Assembly: GCF_006345805.1 (NCBI RefSeq)
Contig: NC_043003.1
Span: 52,576,001-52,640,000, forward strand
Reading direction: 5' to 3'
Source of the DNA: Octopus sinensis
Lineage: Eukaryota
Length of the DNA stretch: 64,000 nucleotides
The position numbers were made by a program, and so were the translations under genes. Position 1 is the first letter of the stretch; every line of letters starts with the position of its first letter. A model generated the notes under the pieces. The model worked only from the letters and a program-made list of their open reading frames with translations. It was not told the origin of the DNA and searched no databases. Of this stretch, positions 49,577-61,634 are shown in pieces.

Positions 49577-52500
49577 TCGTTTTACTGTTTAACTTTAAAA
49601 GCTTTTGGTCTTCCTGTTGCAAATTTTCAAATATACTTGGATATGGTGGGTCAATCTCATTTTTTTCATAAGCATCGGTAAAATTTCTCTCGATTTCAGA
49701 CTGGTTTGGTTTTACTGATGATATATGACTATGTAACATTTCATGCTTTAATACTTTACTTGCAGAATTCTCTTCATCATTGCTCTTAGAGAGAATCTGT
49801 TTTGCACATTTGATAGAATTCTCTGAAACGCTAACATTTTTACCTAAAGCTGTTTGAAATGCCACAAAATGCCCAGTTTTATTATTCTCTTCATTACAGT
49901 TCTCAGAGAAAATCTGTTTAGCACATTTGACAGACTTCTCTGAAACGGTTACATTTTTACCTAAAGCTGTCTGAAATGCTACAAAACACCCAGCTGTATT
50001 GTCGTGACAAGTGGAGATAGATTTCTCAATTTCTTTTTGTTTAGAGATATGATCTTTTTCAGGAACAGCTTGCCTTGTGTTATTTTTAATAAAATAAAAT
50101 TCCTTTTCCATCTTTTCAACTGCAGATGTCATCGCTAGTTCATCTGAGATATCATCATTCATTTGGTTCTCAACAGGAATATCATCAACATGCTGCATTT
50201 GTTTATTGGTATTATGAAGTTTTATCTCATGTATAGGGAATGCTGATCTTAAAGGTTGGTTTTCATATATTTCCATTGATTGTGCTAATATATCATCAGA
50301 AATTTCAGAATTTTTTGATATTATGCTCTCACAATTCTCTTCTTTTTCATTATGAATGGATACTGATTTTGAATTCTCAGAGGAGCACTTAGATCTTTTG
50401 CAAACTGAGGTAGAGTTTTCATCAGATATTTCTGAAAAGTTTCTTTTTTTACTATCAGATGTTTCAGGTGGATCAAAAGTAGTATCTTCAGAAAAACTTT
50501 TCTGAAGCTCATCTAATAATTGGTCACATTGTTCTGAAATTTCTTCATTTGAAGAAATTACTGATTTCTCTTTCACTAAATCTGACAAAGTGTTACTGAC
50601 AGATGCCATTGTATCTGTTCTAACTTCAGACGAGTTTAAATCAGTAAACAAAAGATCATTTACCACATTTTTCTCAAGAGATTGTTTTATTTCAATCACG
50701 GACTTTTCATTTAATATATTTTCTGTTTTCAAATTAGAATGAGAATTGACAAGTAATTGTGGCCTGTCCTTATTACAAAGCTTTCTATCAGATGCTGAGG
50801 TAGAAGATACTGTCATGTTTGAAGATGAAAATTCATGAGCCTGAAGGCCTGTTGTACCTGGTCCAACAAATTCATTTTCACCTGCCAATAATGCTTGGGT
50901 TTTTGTGTCTTTTTCATCACCAATTATCTTAAAACCATCAGATGGGGAATTTTGAATATTTTCTTCTAACTGTTCATTTGTTATTGTGGTAGACACTCTT
51001 AAATGACCATCACCGTCAATTTTACCATCATCTATAGCTTCAGCTACAGTTACATAATCTTTAATTTCTATAAGATTATCACCCAACTGTCTTTCATTAC
51101 TGATATTTTGTTCCTTTGTTTTATTACCTAGATGTTTCTCTGTTAAATTAATCAATGGAATAGTGCTTTTCAATTCATATTTACCACTAGCTGCCTTTTC
51201 AATCATGTTCTCTGAACATGTACTTTGGTTTTTAAGAAGAGAATTAGTACTAGGTTTCTTTTCTTCACACAATACATGGCAGTCTTTATCATTGAGCTCA
51301 ACATTCTTAATAGTATTGTTACTGAATTTATTTTGAAGTAATGCAGGTTTATTAATTATTCTTGGAGATTTAAATGGACAAAATCTTTTTGGCAATTGTT
51401 TGTCAGAACAAGATTTTATTGAAAGTTTTCTTTTAAGACTTCTACTTTCTTCAAATTTCTTTTTCTTCATATTCTGCATATCCCTAACCAATTCAATAGA
51501 TTCTAAGTCACTGTTTTTTGTAGAATTTAATGCTTCAGAAAATAAATCAGATTTTAGATACTGTGCATTGTCAGTGATGTAGCGTTCAACCTTCTTGAAG
51601 TTTTGCTCATTTATTTGAACTGTTTGCATTTTGGCTGTAGAAAATCCCTGAAATTCCTCAACAGTTTCATCACTCACATCCACTAAATCCTGTGCTTTTT
51701 GTAAGCTCTTTTCATTTATTTGAATCTTCTGCCCTCTAGCTGTAGAAAAACCATGGAATTTCTCAACAGTTTCATCATTCTCATTCAATAAATTTTGTGC
51801 TTTTTTTATGCTTTTTTCGTTTATTTGAATCTTCTGCCCTTTAGCTGTAGAAAATCCTTGGAGTTTCTCAACAGTTTCATCATTATCATACACTAAATGC
51901 TGTGCCTTCTCTAAGCTTTTGTGGTTTAACTGAATCTTTTGCCCTTTAGCTGTAGAAAATCCTTGGAATTCCCCATCAGTTCCATCATTCTCATTCACTA
52001 GATTTTGTACTTTTTGTAAGCTCTTTTGGTTTATTCGAATCTTCTGCCCTCTAGCTGTAGAAAAACCTTGGAGTTTCTCAACAGTTTCCTCACTGTTAAT
52101 TAGTACATTCTGTGCCTTTTCTAAGCTCTTTTGGTTTACTTCAATCTTCTTCCCTTTAGCTGTAGAAAAACCTTGGAGTTTCTCAACAGTTTCCTCACTG
52201 TTAATTAGTACATTCTGTTCCTTTTCTAAGCTCTTTTGGTTTACTTCAATCTTCTTCCCTTTAGCTGTAGAAAAACCTTGGAATTTCTCAACAGTTTCAT
52301 CATTCTCAATCAATAAATTGTGTGCCTTTTGTAAGCTTTTTTGGTTTATCTGAATCTTCTGCCCTTTAGCTGTAGAAAACCCTTGAAATTCCTCAATGGT
52401 TTCATCACAGTCATTCATTAAACTTTGTGCCTTTTGTAAACTTTGTGGGTTTATCGAAATTTTTTGTCCTTTAGCTGTAGAAAAACCTTGGAATTTCTCA

Positions 52501-53438
52501 ACAGTTTCATCATTATCATTCAATAAATTTTGTGCGTTTTGTAAACTTTTTTCATCAATTTGAATCTTCTGCCCTCTTGCTATAGAAAAACCTTGGAATT
52601 TCTCAACAGTTTCATCACTATCATTCAATAAATTTTGTGCTTTTTGTAAGGTTTTTTCATCAATTTGAATCTTCTGCCCTCCTGCTGTAGAAAATCCTTG
52701 GAGTTTTTCAACAGTTTCATCATTACCATACACTAAATTCTGTGCCTTCTCTAAGCTTTTTTGGTTTAACTGAATCTTTTGCCCATTCCCTGTAGAAAAC
52801 CCTTTCTCTTTCACTAAATTTTGTGCCTTTTGTAAGCTTTCTTCATTAATTTGAATCTTCTGCCCCTTGATATCTTGATCATTTTGTTCTACTTTTTCTA
52901 AGATCACTTCTCTCTGACCTGGTTGCTTATTGCTGTCAACTTGTATAATGTCTTTTGACAATTTAGTATTCAATTTATCATTATAACAGTGATAAGAAAT
53001 TTCAGGTATATGCTGAAATGGAATGGTAGTATCATTGAAACTCTCTGAGAAATCTTCTGATGATTGCCAATAGACGATTTGACTGGCTGTAAAGTGATCT
53101 TCAACAGAACCACTGAATTTATGAAAATCTTTTAACTGTTTAGAGTGGGAGGGACGAACATTAGTTGTTTCTGAAACATTTTCACATTGGTTTCCTTCAC
53201 TAGATTTCTTTGTGGCAATACCTGAAGAAAACCCAGCTTGCTTCTGGAGTAAGGAAGATTTATTTTTAGAAGATTGCAATGAATTATACCGAGGTAATAT
53301 GGGGACAGTCTTTTGGATTTTATCAGCTGTTGTTTGCTGCATTGGTTTCTGTTTATCACAAGTTACCGAAGCTATTTGTTGCTTGTTTTTAACATTATCA
53401 GAAGCAGGGAGATTGTCATCTAAATAAATTGGGATATT
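49577..53438 (-). CDS. BRCA2: BRCA2 large BRC-repeat exon (counterpart of human exon 11), about 1287 aa
   Basis: Uninterrupted 3.86-kb frame. Twelve GFSTAxGxKIxIxxxSLxKAxxL repeats and two FQTALGKNVxVSExSxKCAKQI repeats match the BRC FxxA consensus. Donor ACGA|GTAAGT at 49577; acceptors TTTTATTTTAG| at 53438 (phase 0) and TTTATTTAG| at 53419 (phase 1). Confidence 0.93.
51570..52874 (-). repeat. Coding tandem array of 105-bp (35-aa) BRC-like repeats: 12 units plus a leading half unit
   Basis: The TAGAAAA (Phe-Ser) anchor recurs at exact 105-bp steps from about 52792 to about 51637. Confidence 0.95.
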
Positions 53439-53520
53439 CTAAAATAAAAGTGTAAAAATGGGAAATAGAGTTTTAATTAGAGCATCCAATATGAATTAAA
53501 TTACAACAAATCATATAAAT

Positions 53521-53870
53521 TTCGTTTTTGGATTTGGTTTGCAAGATTCTTTATATGAGTTTGTGTGTTGAAGCATATTCTGTTGTTTCTGGGGAGAGTC
53601 ATTCTCTTTTGGTGCCTTTTATTTAACACATTCACCGGTAAAATTTCCACTTATTTCTTATTTTTATTTTCTAAAATTTTTGTTGCATCTTGCAACCTTT
53701 TCAATAGTCTTGACTATTTTTCAAGAGTTAAGACTATTGAAAAGGTTGCAAGACACAATGAAAATTTTTGAAAATAAAAATAATAAATAAGTGGAAATTT
53801 TACCGGTGAGTGTGTTAAATAATAAGGCATTAAAAGAGAATGACTCTCCCCAGACACAACAAATCATATA
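53521..53870. mobile_element. Fold-back element homologous to the Penelope-like piece at 12590-12830
   Basis: About 140-bp imperfect arms (TGGGGAGAGTCATTCTCTTTT...TTGCAACCTTTTCAATAGTCTT and the reverse complement) centred near 53722. Confidence 0.75.
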
Positions 53871-54239
53871 AATCTTTCAAGAAAATAGCTGAATGAAAGA
53901 TGTTTGAATATGGAATATGTTTGGCAAGACATTATTCTAATTCATTAAAAATATCAATAATCAGCATTAAACAAATAAAACCAATTTGGTTAGAACTCCT
54001 ATTTATCATCTTAGTTAAACAAAAATAGACTAAAGGTGAAAAGGAATCACTGAAAAAGAAAATTAATTATTGTTTACTTCTGAAAATAATCATCTTTAAT
54101 GATTTTTAAAAATAGCCAGGTAACTAATTTGATAACAGTTATGCCTTTAATTGTACAAATTTTGCAACTCATACACCTCAAGCACAACTTTTCACGATTT
54201 CTCCACAATAACTCACCATTGAGGAATACAACAAATTCA

Positions 54240-54253
54240 GGGAATGTAGGCAG

Positions 54254-54287
<34 letters not shown>

Positions 54288-54452
54288 TGTGTACAGTGCT
54301 CAGGTGCACTACAACTCATCTAAAGTGTATATATAATCAGGTGTAGTTTTGGCGGATTTCGGAAAGCATGAGGGCCTTAAAGGATGCAGTGTCATGGCAG
54401 TCAACAACTGACGTAGGCAGTTTATTACATGCTTCAGCAACTCTGAGCATGG
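54240..54452 (-). mobile_element. CR1-like LINE 3' end fragment, diverged subfamily
   Basis: GTACAGTGCTCAGGTGCAC and CTTCAGCAACTCT shared with 44113-44400; (ATA)n tail. Confidence 0.75.
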
Positions 54453-54571
54453 AAACAACAAAAGAAACAACAAAAAGAAACAACAAAAAAAGAAACAACA
54501 ATAAAAGAAACAACAAAAAAGATCACTAAAAACCTCAGTATGTGTCCCTATATTTACTACTGAACTCATCT

Positions 54572-54797
54572 TTAACTCTTTTGATACCAACCTTCCTGAA
54601 ACTGCTCCTATTTCCATGATACAAACTACCTATTTTAAAGTGATTTAACCAAAACCGGCCATCAACATTTCATGTTAATTTATGTTCCAAACATCAGCTT
54701 AATAATAACAAAGTTATATTACTAACTTCTTGTTTTTAGTATCACTTGAAACAAAGGCATCTTATTTCAGCAGAAATATACTAACAAAATGGTTTAG
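54572..54797 (+). mobile_element. TTAA-type MITE
   Basis: TTAACTCTTTTG...CAAAATGGTTTA ends; homologous split copy at 31260-31945. Confidence 0.6.
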
Positions 54798-55214
54798 CTT
54801 ATTAATTACAAATCTGTTTGTTATTAATAATGTTCAGTCTGTTTGTACTGCCTTGTAGGAAAGCGATATTTTAACACTACAATAAAACCAGAGAACATGG
54901 TCTTAATATTTCTTTTTTTGCCTATGCCTTAATCAAAGGAGGAAGTTATAATACAGGTGACCAGGTGCTAAATATTTCAAAGATATTTATGGTCATGTGA
55001 TGGTGTTAAAGTCTACCATCTAAGAACAAGAACAGCTTGACCTTCAGACACAGTTTCCATCTTCTGAATTTCACTCACAAAGCTTTGATTGATCTGAAGC
55101 TATCACAGAAGATGCTTATCCAAGGTGACATACAGTGGAATCAAACCTGAAACAAGTAATTGCAAAGCAAACTTGGCAATCACATGGTCAATCTTAATTC
55201 CACTGACATTAGCT

Positions 55215-55641
55215 GAGTTACTTTTACAGACCCGTTGTGCTTGAAGAGACCTATTGAGTCAAGTACGTCAACGTCAACACCAACATCAAAATAAAAATCA
55301 AATGGAAATTGTAGTTATGATGCCTGTGCCGGTGGCACATAAAAAGCACCATCCGAACGTGGCTGATGCCAGTACCGCCTGACTGGCAACCATGTCAGTG
55401 ACATGTAAAAAGCACCAACCAATCGTGGCCGTTTGCCAGCCTCCTCTGACCCCTGTGCCAGTGGCACGTAAAAAGCACCCACTACACTCATGGAGTGGTT
55501 GGCATTAGGAAGGGCATCAAACCGTAGAAACACTGCCAGATCAGACTAGAGCCTGGCGCAGTCTCCTGGCTTCTCAGACACCGGTCGAACCGTACAACCC
55601 ATGCTAGCATAGAAAAAGGATGTTAAACGATGATGATGATG
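55215..55641 (+). mobile_element. RTE LINE 3' UTR fragment
   Basis: Conserved stem-loop at 55239-55264, subrepeats and (GAT)n tail. Confidence 0.85.
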
Positions 55642-56419
55642 TGTATATGGGTGGGTGGGGTGAAAAATGGGAAAACAATGAAAGTCAATTAAATGGAAAA
55701 ATAAGAGTGGAAATGATGTCTTGAGCACAGCTCTTTGTCAGACAAAGGAAGAAGTCCAAAGAGGAAGAAAAGGAGGGAGGAGTAGGTAGCCTGGAGAAAA
55801 GCATGTTCATTGTTACATGGACCAAAAAATAATTGACCAGAAGTTGGAGAGAGATAGAAAATGTGGGTTTTGAAGGTTGGAGAGTGCAAAAGTGGCCATT
55901 GTGTGTGTGAGATCAGTGATTACTTTCAATTTCAGAGTAGATTAGATGAAAATTTGTTACTCTGAATAAATAGACATTGCTGGTAATGTATTTACTAGTG
56001 TTGTTCAAGCTTATGTCCTGCCTTTCAACAACCAATAAAGATCCAATAATATACAGATATTAAAATAAAAAACACTTGTTATGTTTAAGATTCTTTTAGC
56101 TGCACAATGAAACTATTTCTAATCATCTCTTTGAAGAGTGTTTGATAATACTTGTTAAAGTACTTTATCTACAAACCCTTTGATGCATTATACTCATTTA
56201 ATATGAAGCTGTTTTATGACCTTCATACATCAAATCAAAGCAAGAGAGAGTCTGATTATCTGTTCCTATTTATTTACTACTGATTATATTTTTATCTTTA
56301 TCTTTGTACAAGAGTGTATAAACAGCTGAGGTTAATCATAGCTGTTTGCACCAATCATCATTGTCTAATGAGCCTAATCAAGACAGAACTCACAACCTTC
56401 CCAGCTCGAGCTAGCAAGG

Positions 56420-56830
56420 CTAGCCTGAGTGGGTAGTAAAAGGCCTGATGGTATGACAATTTTCCTATTCTGTGGTGGTAGGCCCCTCATGTGGGATGCC
56501 ACATGCTGTGAATCCTTCTCCAGCAGCAATTTGGTGTGTTCAGATACCAGCCCAGGCTCTGTTGCTCATCAGGCCAAGAAGAGCCAGCTATCGAGGTATC
56601 CATCACTCTCTGACAGGTTTATGGTTGAGCCTGTGGCAGTGGAGACCTCTGGTGTTCTTAGCCCCTTGGACAATATCCCTGGTCACTATTATTGGAGTGG
56701 AGTCGGCTATCCGCATATGTGAATGCTGTGAGTCAGAGTGGTTTTTCCAGCACATCTCCCTTGCCATCCTCTGGGGCAATACCTTCTCCATTTTGTCTGA
56801 TGGGACACTAAGGTATTCTGACAAGACATT
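56420..56830 (+). mobile_element. Decayed CRE-like non-LTR element, restriction-like endonuclease domain
   Basis: KRPDGMT...LMWDATC...PVAVETSG...FQHISLAILWGN resembles the RPDG...WD.T...P.AVET.G...QR.SIAI.RGN pattern. Confidence 0.7.
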
Positions 56831-57156
56831 TTAGATATTTCTCTGTTGTGTGAAGCGGAAATATATGATAATTTAAGCAGAGCCTTTCACATCACCCGTT
56901 ATTTTACTTATTACACATCCTTCACTCACAGCTCCTTTTTAGAGTTCAGAAGCCTCCATTACCATGCCAAAGTCACACATTTCATATCCCTAATATAGAG
57001 CAGTGACATCTAGGGTAGGAGAGTCTGTAACATTTCCTACCAACCAGCAAAGATCTCAATTAAACAAAGGATAATATGAATTCATTTCTTTGCTATTTAC
57101 TGGGTCTAGGGAAAGAGACCTACAAAGGTCTCCCTGGAATGGTAAAATTGATACCA

Positions 57157-57374
57157 TTAACCCTTTAGTATTCAGATTACTCTTTGAAATGTAACACTTT
57201 ATTCATGTTGTTTCGAATTAATTATCTTGTAACTTTGAGATTTCAATGAAGTGATTGTAAATTTTTACGATGACATTCTAGGGTAGGTGTGAGAAGCCAG
57301 ATCTTGAGAACTTGAGCATAAAATGAGTAGAATATTTTGGTTGGATATAGCCGGTTTAAATGATAAACGGTTGA
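57157..57374 (+). mobile_element. piggyBac-like (TTAA) MITE
   Basis: TTAACCCTTTAG start, TAAACGGTTGA end; several partial homologues (about 12181-12480, 43282-44097). Confidence 0.7.
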
Positions 57375-57704
57375 TGTTCCTCTTGGATTTTCGTTAGTAG
57401 AATCTAGCAGGAAAGACATGAGCAAAGAAGGAAATCCAGTGAACTAACATCCTGGGAAGGAAAAACTAGGCATAGTGATTAGTATAGGGTTTGGATGGGT
57501 TGGTTACAATAAAGGTGATGAGAGAAAGACAAATGAGTGGGACAGGAATACATGAGGGGAGGCAGCAGGAGTCCAGTCAGCACTGAGGAGAAACAGAAAT
57601 CATTATGGTATCAGTAGAAGAAGCAGAGAGAGGAGACAGTGCACCCGTGGGCCAGAGGCTGGAGGTGTATCTGTGAGTCACCCTTTTCTGGAAATGGCCT
57701 AGGA

Positions 57705-58035
57705 CAGGGCTGGCCAACCTGAGGTCCATGGGCCACATGCGTTCCGCAGACTTTTATCTTGTGGACTATTTGATGCTTTCTTGAAATGGGTTTATTTAAA
57801 CAAACATTAAAAAAATTTTATCAAAAATAAAAGATTGTAATGAAAAATAAAAAAGTAAGATACTACTATTTTTGCAATGATAATATTTCATATTGAATCA
57901 ACAATCAGTCATTCATTATTGTAATAATAGCATGAGAAAGCAAAATGCTTTCCATTCTGTCAGTACACAAGCGGCCCTCGAAATACTTTCTGTAATTAAA
58001 GTGGCCCACAATGTAATTTGAGTGGGCTAGGCCTG
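57705..58035. mobile_element. hAT-like MITE with 8-bp TSD
   Basis: CAGGGCTGGCCAAC...GGGCTAGGCCTG; flanks GCCTAGGA / GTCTAGGA (7 of 8 match). Confidence 0.7.
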
Positions 58036-58397
58036 GTCTAGGATGTCTTTCTGTGAAGCAGTAGCAGCACCTTACATGTAAGAATTATAGTCCTTTCTGG
58101 GATTTACCTAAGCTTTGCAGAGTAGTAATAATTACTGGGAATTGAAGTATGTTCTGGCCCTAAAGAGAAGGGTTGGAACTTGAATGCAATTCTCGCGATG
58201 TTAAGGACGTACTTTTGCTATAAAAGATTCTCAGTGATGGTGAGAACCAACAATTGGAGCAATTGTGAGGGCCCTAAAGTACTGTTCAGCAAAATACTAC
58301 TCTGTTTGTGAGATCAGTGGTAAAACATCACAAAGTTTCATTTTAAGTAATGGATGTGTTCTCTGCAAAATATTTGGGACTGTATCTTTTATTTATT

Positions 58398-58773
58398 TAT
58401 TTCAGTCATTAGACTTTGGCCATGCTAGAGCACTGCCTTGAAGAATTTTTAGTCAAAAGAATCAACCCCAGTATTAATATTTCTTAAACCTGATACTTTT
58501 CTATCTATCGGTTATTTTTGCCAGACTGCTAAGTTATGGGAACATAAACATACCAACAACTAACTGTCAAGTGGTAGTGGAGGAACAAAGACACACACAC
58601 ACATACATACAAACAATGGGCTTCTTTCAGTTTCTATCGACCAAATCTACTCAGAAGGCTTTGGTTGGCCTGAGGCTATAGTAGAAGACACTTGCACAAG
58701 GTGCTGCACAGTGGGACTGAACCTGGAACCACATGACTGGAGAACAATCTTTTTATTACACAACTGTGCTATA
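58398..58773 (-). mobile_element. SINE family A
   Basis: Reverse complement of the family consensus. Confidence 0.8.
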
Positions 58774-58955
58774 AGGTGACTACAGTAACCATCTAATTTG
58801 TTAAGTCTACAGGAAATAGCCTGTGTCTGAGAGCCACAGCAACATATCATTTGGCAGACAACTAAATAAATACATGGAAAATAGAAAAAAATTCTAAAAA
58901 ACTGTGATTACAATGTACAACAAAAGTCAAATTATTGATGAATTAATTTCAATAC

Positions 58956-59038
58956 CTTATTTTTGGATAGGTCAGGAAATGCAGAAAGTTCTTTTATTTG
59001 TGAGATAGTAGAATCCTTCTTGCCTTCTTGTGGATCAT
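58956..59038 (-). CDS. BRCA2: Putative small BRCA2 exon (83 bp, phase 1 to 0): DDPQEGKKDSTISQIKELSAFPDLSKNK
   Basis: Acceptor TAATTTCAG| and donor AAG|GTATTG; open frame; phases join the 63579 donor to the 53438 acceptor. Confidence 0.55.
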
Positions 59039-60414
59039 CTGAAATTATATACATAGCCATATATATATATTTATATATATATAATACAAATAAGAAAATG
59101 GAGAAACAAATTCATCTCGTTCATCAACTTATGGATATTACAATTTTACATTATTTATTAATTAGACAAATGAAAACATCAAAAGCAAACAAAACATTAT
59201 ATAAATCAATGGGTAATATAATAATAAAAATAATACAAATACATATTTTAAAAGTCATATTATAAATGATTGAAATTCATAAACTACTTCTTACAGCTGT
59301 TTCAGCCTATGGTCATATACATAGGCGGATAAACAAAAGAAAAAGGCACGCAACACATTTAGTAAGAGCTACAACATGTATTACTTAAATATGGAGTTGT
59401 TTGAATATAAGTTTCTGATTCTAAGAATGAATGATAAATTCAGTATTTATGGAAGCAAATTATCTAAAAAACTCTCTTCTGAGAAATGATTTAATTAATG
59501 GGATTTTTGTGAGTAGAATGTTACACATATCAGGGGATAAAAAGTGAGTTGAAAATGTCCATGTAGGTACACGCTGCATTGTACTGTTTGAATATAAGTT
59601 TCCGATTCTAAGAATGAATGACAAATTCTGTGTTTATGGGACCAAATTATCCAGAAAGCTCTCTTCTGAGAAATGAACAAAGGCTTTGGTATTGTGGACA
59701 ACAGCAATAGTTTCACTGAAGTTCTCAACAACAAAAGACAACTGGTTCTTGATGTGAAACATTCCTGTTCTATACTAAAGAAAAAATATCTAATTAGAAA
59801 TGGTTTAATATCAAAATTCTGGATTGACTAAAGAAAATATGGACAGGTAAAGTAGTTGAATATATGGTTGTTTTACTCTCTGCTGTGGCAGTAATGGTGT
59901 AATTGAGAATTGAAATAAGATCTCAAAGGCTAACAATCTTTGATTTCTAATACAAATGCAATATTTCCGCGGGGGAGAGAGCAATAGAGGAAGGGAGGGA
60001 GAGAGAGAGAGAGAGAGCAAAAATGTAACTGCGTGTGGATGGAATAAATGAAGAACTGAGCATTTATTTCACCAGTGTAGAAATTTAATGTCACTTATCT
60101 AATTAACACGTGTGATTAGTGAGAATTTGAGCACTGAGCCTTGATGTACTAAACTAGTCACAGCAGAAAAGCCACCTACCCCCTCTTTCCTTAAAGTTAT
60201 GCATTCCTCACACCCCGCTTTGTGTGTGTGTGTGTTGTATCTATGTATTTACAAAAGTATGTATGCAGTGTTGCATGTATATGACAGCTGTAGTAACATT
60301 ACCATCCCATTACCACCACTGTTCTTGCCTTCATTGATATAAGTCATCATCTCTCTGTTACTATCTCCCTCAGACTAATATTTTTTGCAACCTTCTCATT
60401 TTATTAAATAAATC

Positions 60415-60588
60415 ACCCAACGCCCCTGGGGGGGGGCATATTATAGATTTTTATTGAAATCTAATTAGCCTATTATTGAACTGGATATTAGTGTAACATA
60501 TGCAAAATTTCGTGAATATCGGTTAGCTGGTTTAGGCATGAAGATGGTAACAGTCAGACAGATAGAAATTGCCATTTATATACGTAGA
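60415..60588 (-). mobile_element. Helitron/DINE-like 5' fragment
   Basis: The minus strand begins A|TCTACGTATATAAATG, followed by a TCTGTCTG tract and CCGATATTCACGAAATTT. Confidence 0.45.
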
Positions 60589-61634
60589 TAATGTTATTTG
60601 ACATAAAATGTCTTGTTAAAAGTTAAGCAAGTGGAAAGCTAAGCTAGTTTACAAGGAAGTGTGTGTTGTTATGTAGATGAGGAGAGGTATTGCTTAATAT
60701 TGTCTACACTATTTGTTTATTTATTTATAATTGATTCAATCAATTTTACAGATAAAGTTAATTTCCACAGATAACACAATTCCTTCATTTTGACAAGTAG
60801 CCAATATGCTGTGACTAAAACGTAACTACCAGCCAATTACTAGTGCAGGAACAAACTGACTGCCAGACTAACAGCAATATAGAATAAGTAAATAAAATGA
60901 ATAAATAAATAAAGTTCACCCTATGGCCCCACATATTTGTTCAAAAATTAAATGGTCAAAGGTGCCATTTTCTAGCACATTTTCAATTAACTTGAAACTT
61001 TGATTTCTTTTTACTGATAAAGAGATGCAAATATCAAAAACCTCAACCATAAAAAAATAAAAATAATAGATAAAAAATAATAATAATAATGATGAAATAA
61101 AAAAAAATTACGAATTACTTTCAGTTTCTTTCATATCAAAAGATAGATAACACTTTAAAAAACCCACCTCATGAAATTTGTTGGCGTTGCATGTGTTCTG
61201 TTGGCACTGGTTAGGTGAATAGATTAGCTGAACAAAGACAGGAAAGTCTTGAAATACACAATGATATGTAACAGAAGGTGGCGAAGGTAAAGTGCTTTTA
61301 TGCCACTCATTTCTGACTTTTTATTTTTTACCAAAAATTTCCTCGGATTTCTGTTTCTGATATAGGAGAATATGATTTTGCCCAAAAATCATATTTTCAA
61401 AATTTTAACTTCAACCTTCCCTACCCCAAGTTGAAAATATTTCTCTTCCAAACTGTTCAGAATAAGTCAAACCCAATCCATCATCATTGTGACATGGCCC
61501 TATAGACATAATGTTATGATATGAAACATAGTCACTTTGAAAATTGTTACCAAAAGAAAACAGATGGGATTCACACTCATTACGTGTGTGAGTCTGTGTA
61601 TGGCTGTGTCTTCTTGTTTTGACATCATGTATCA

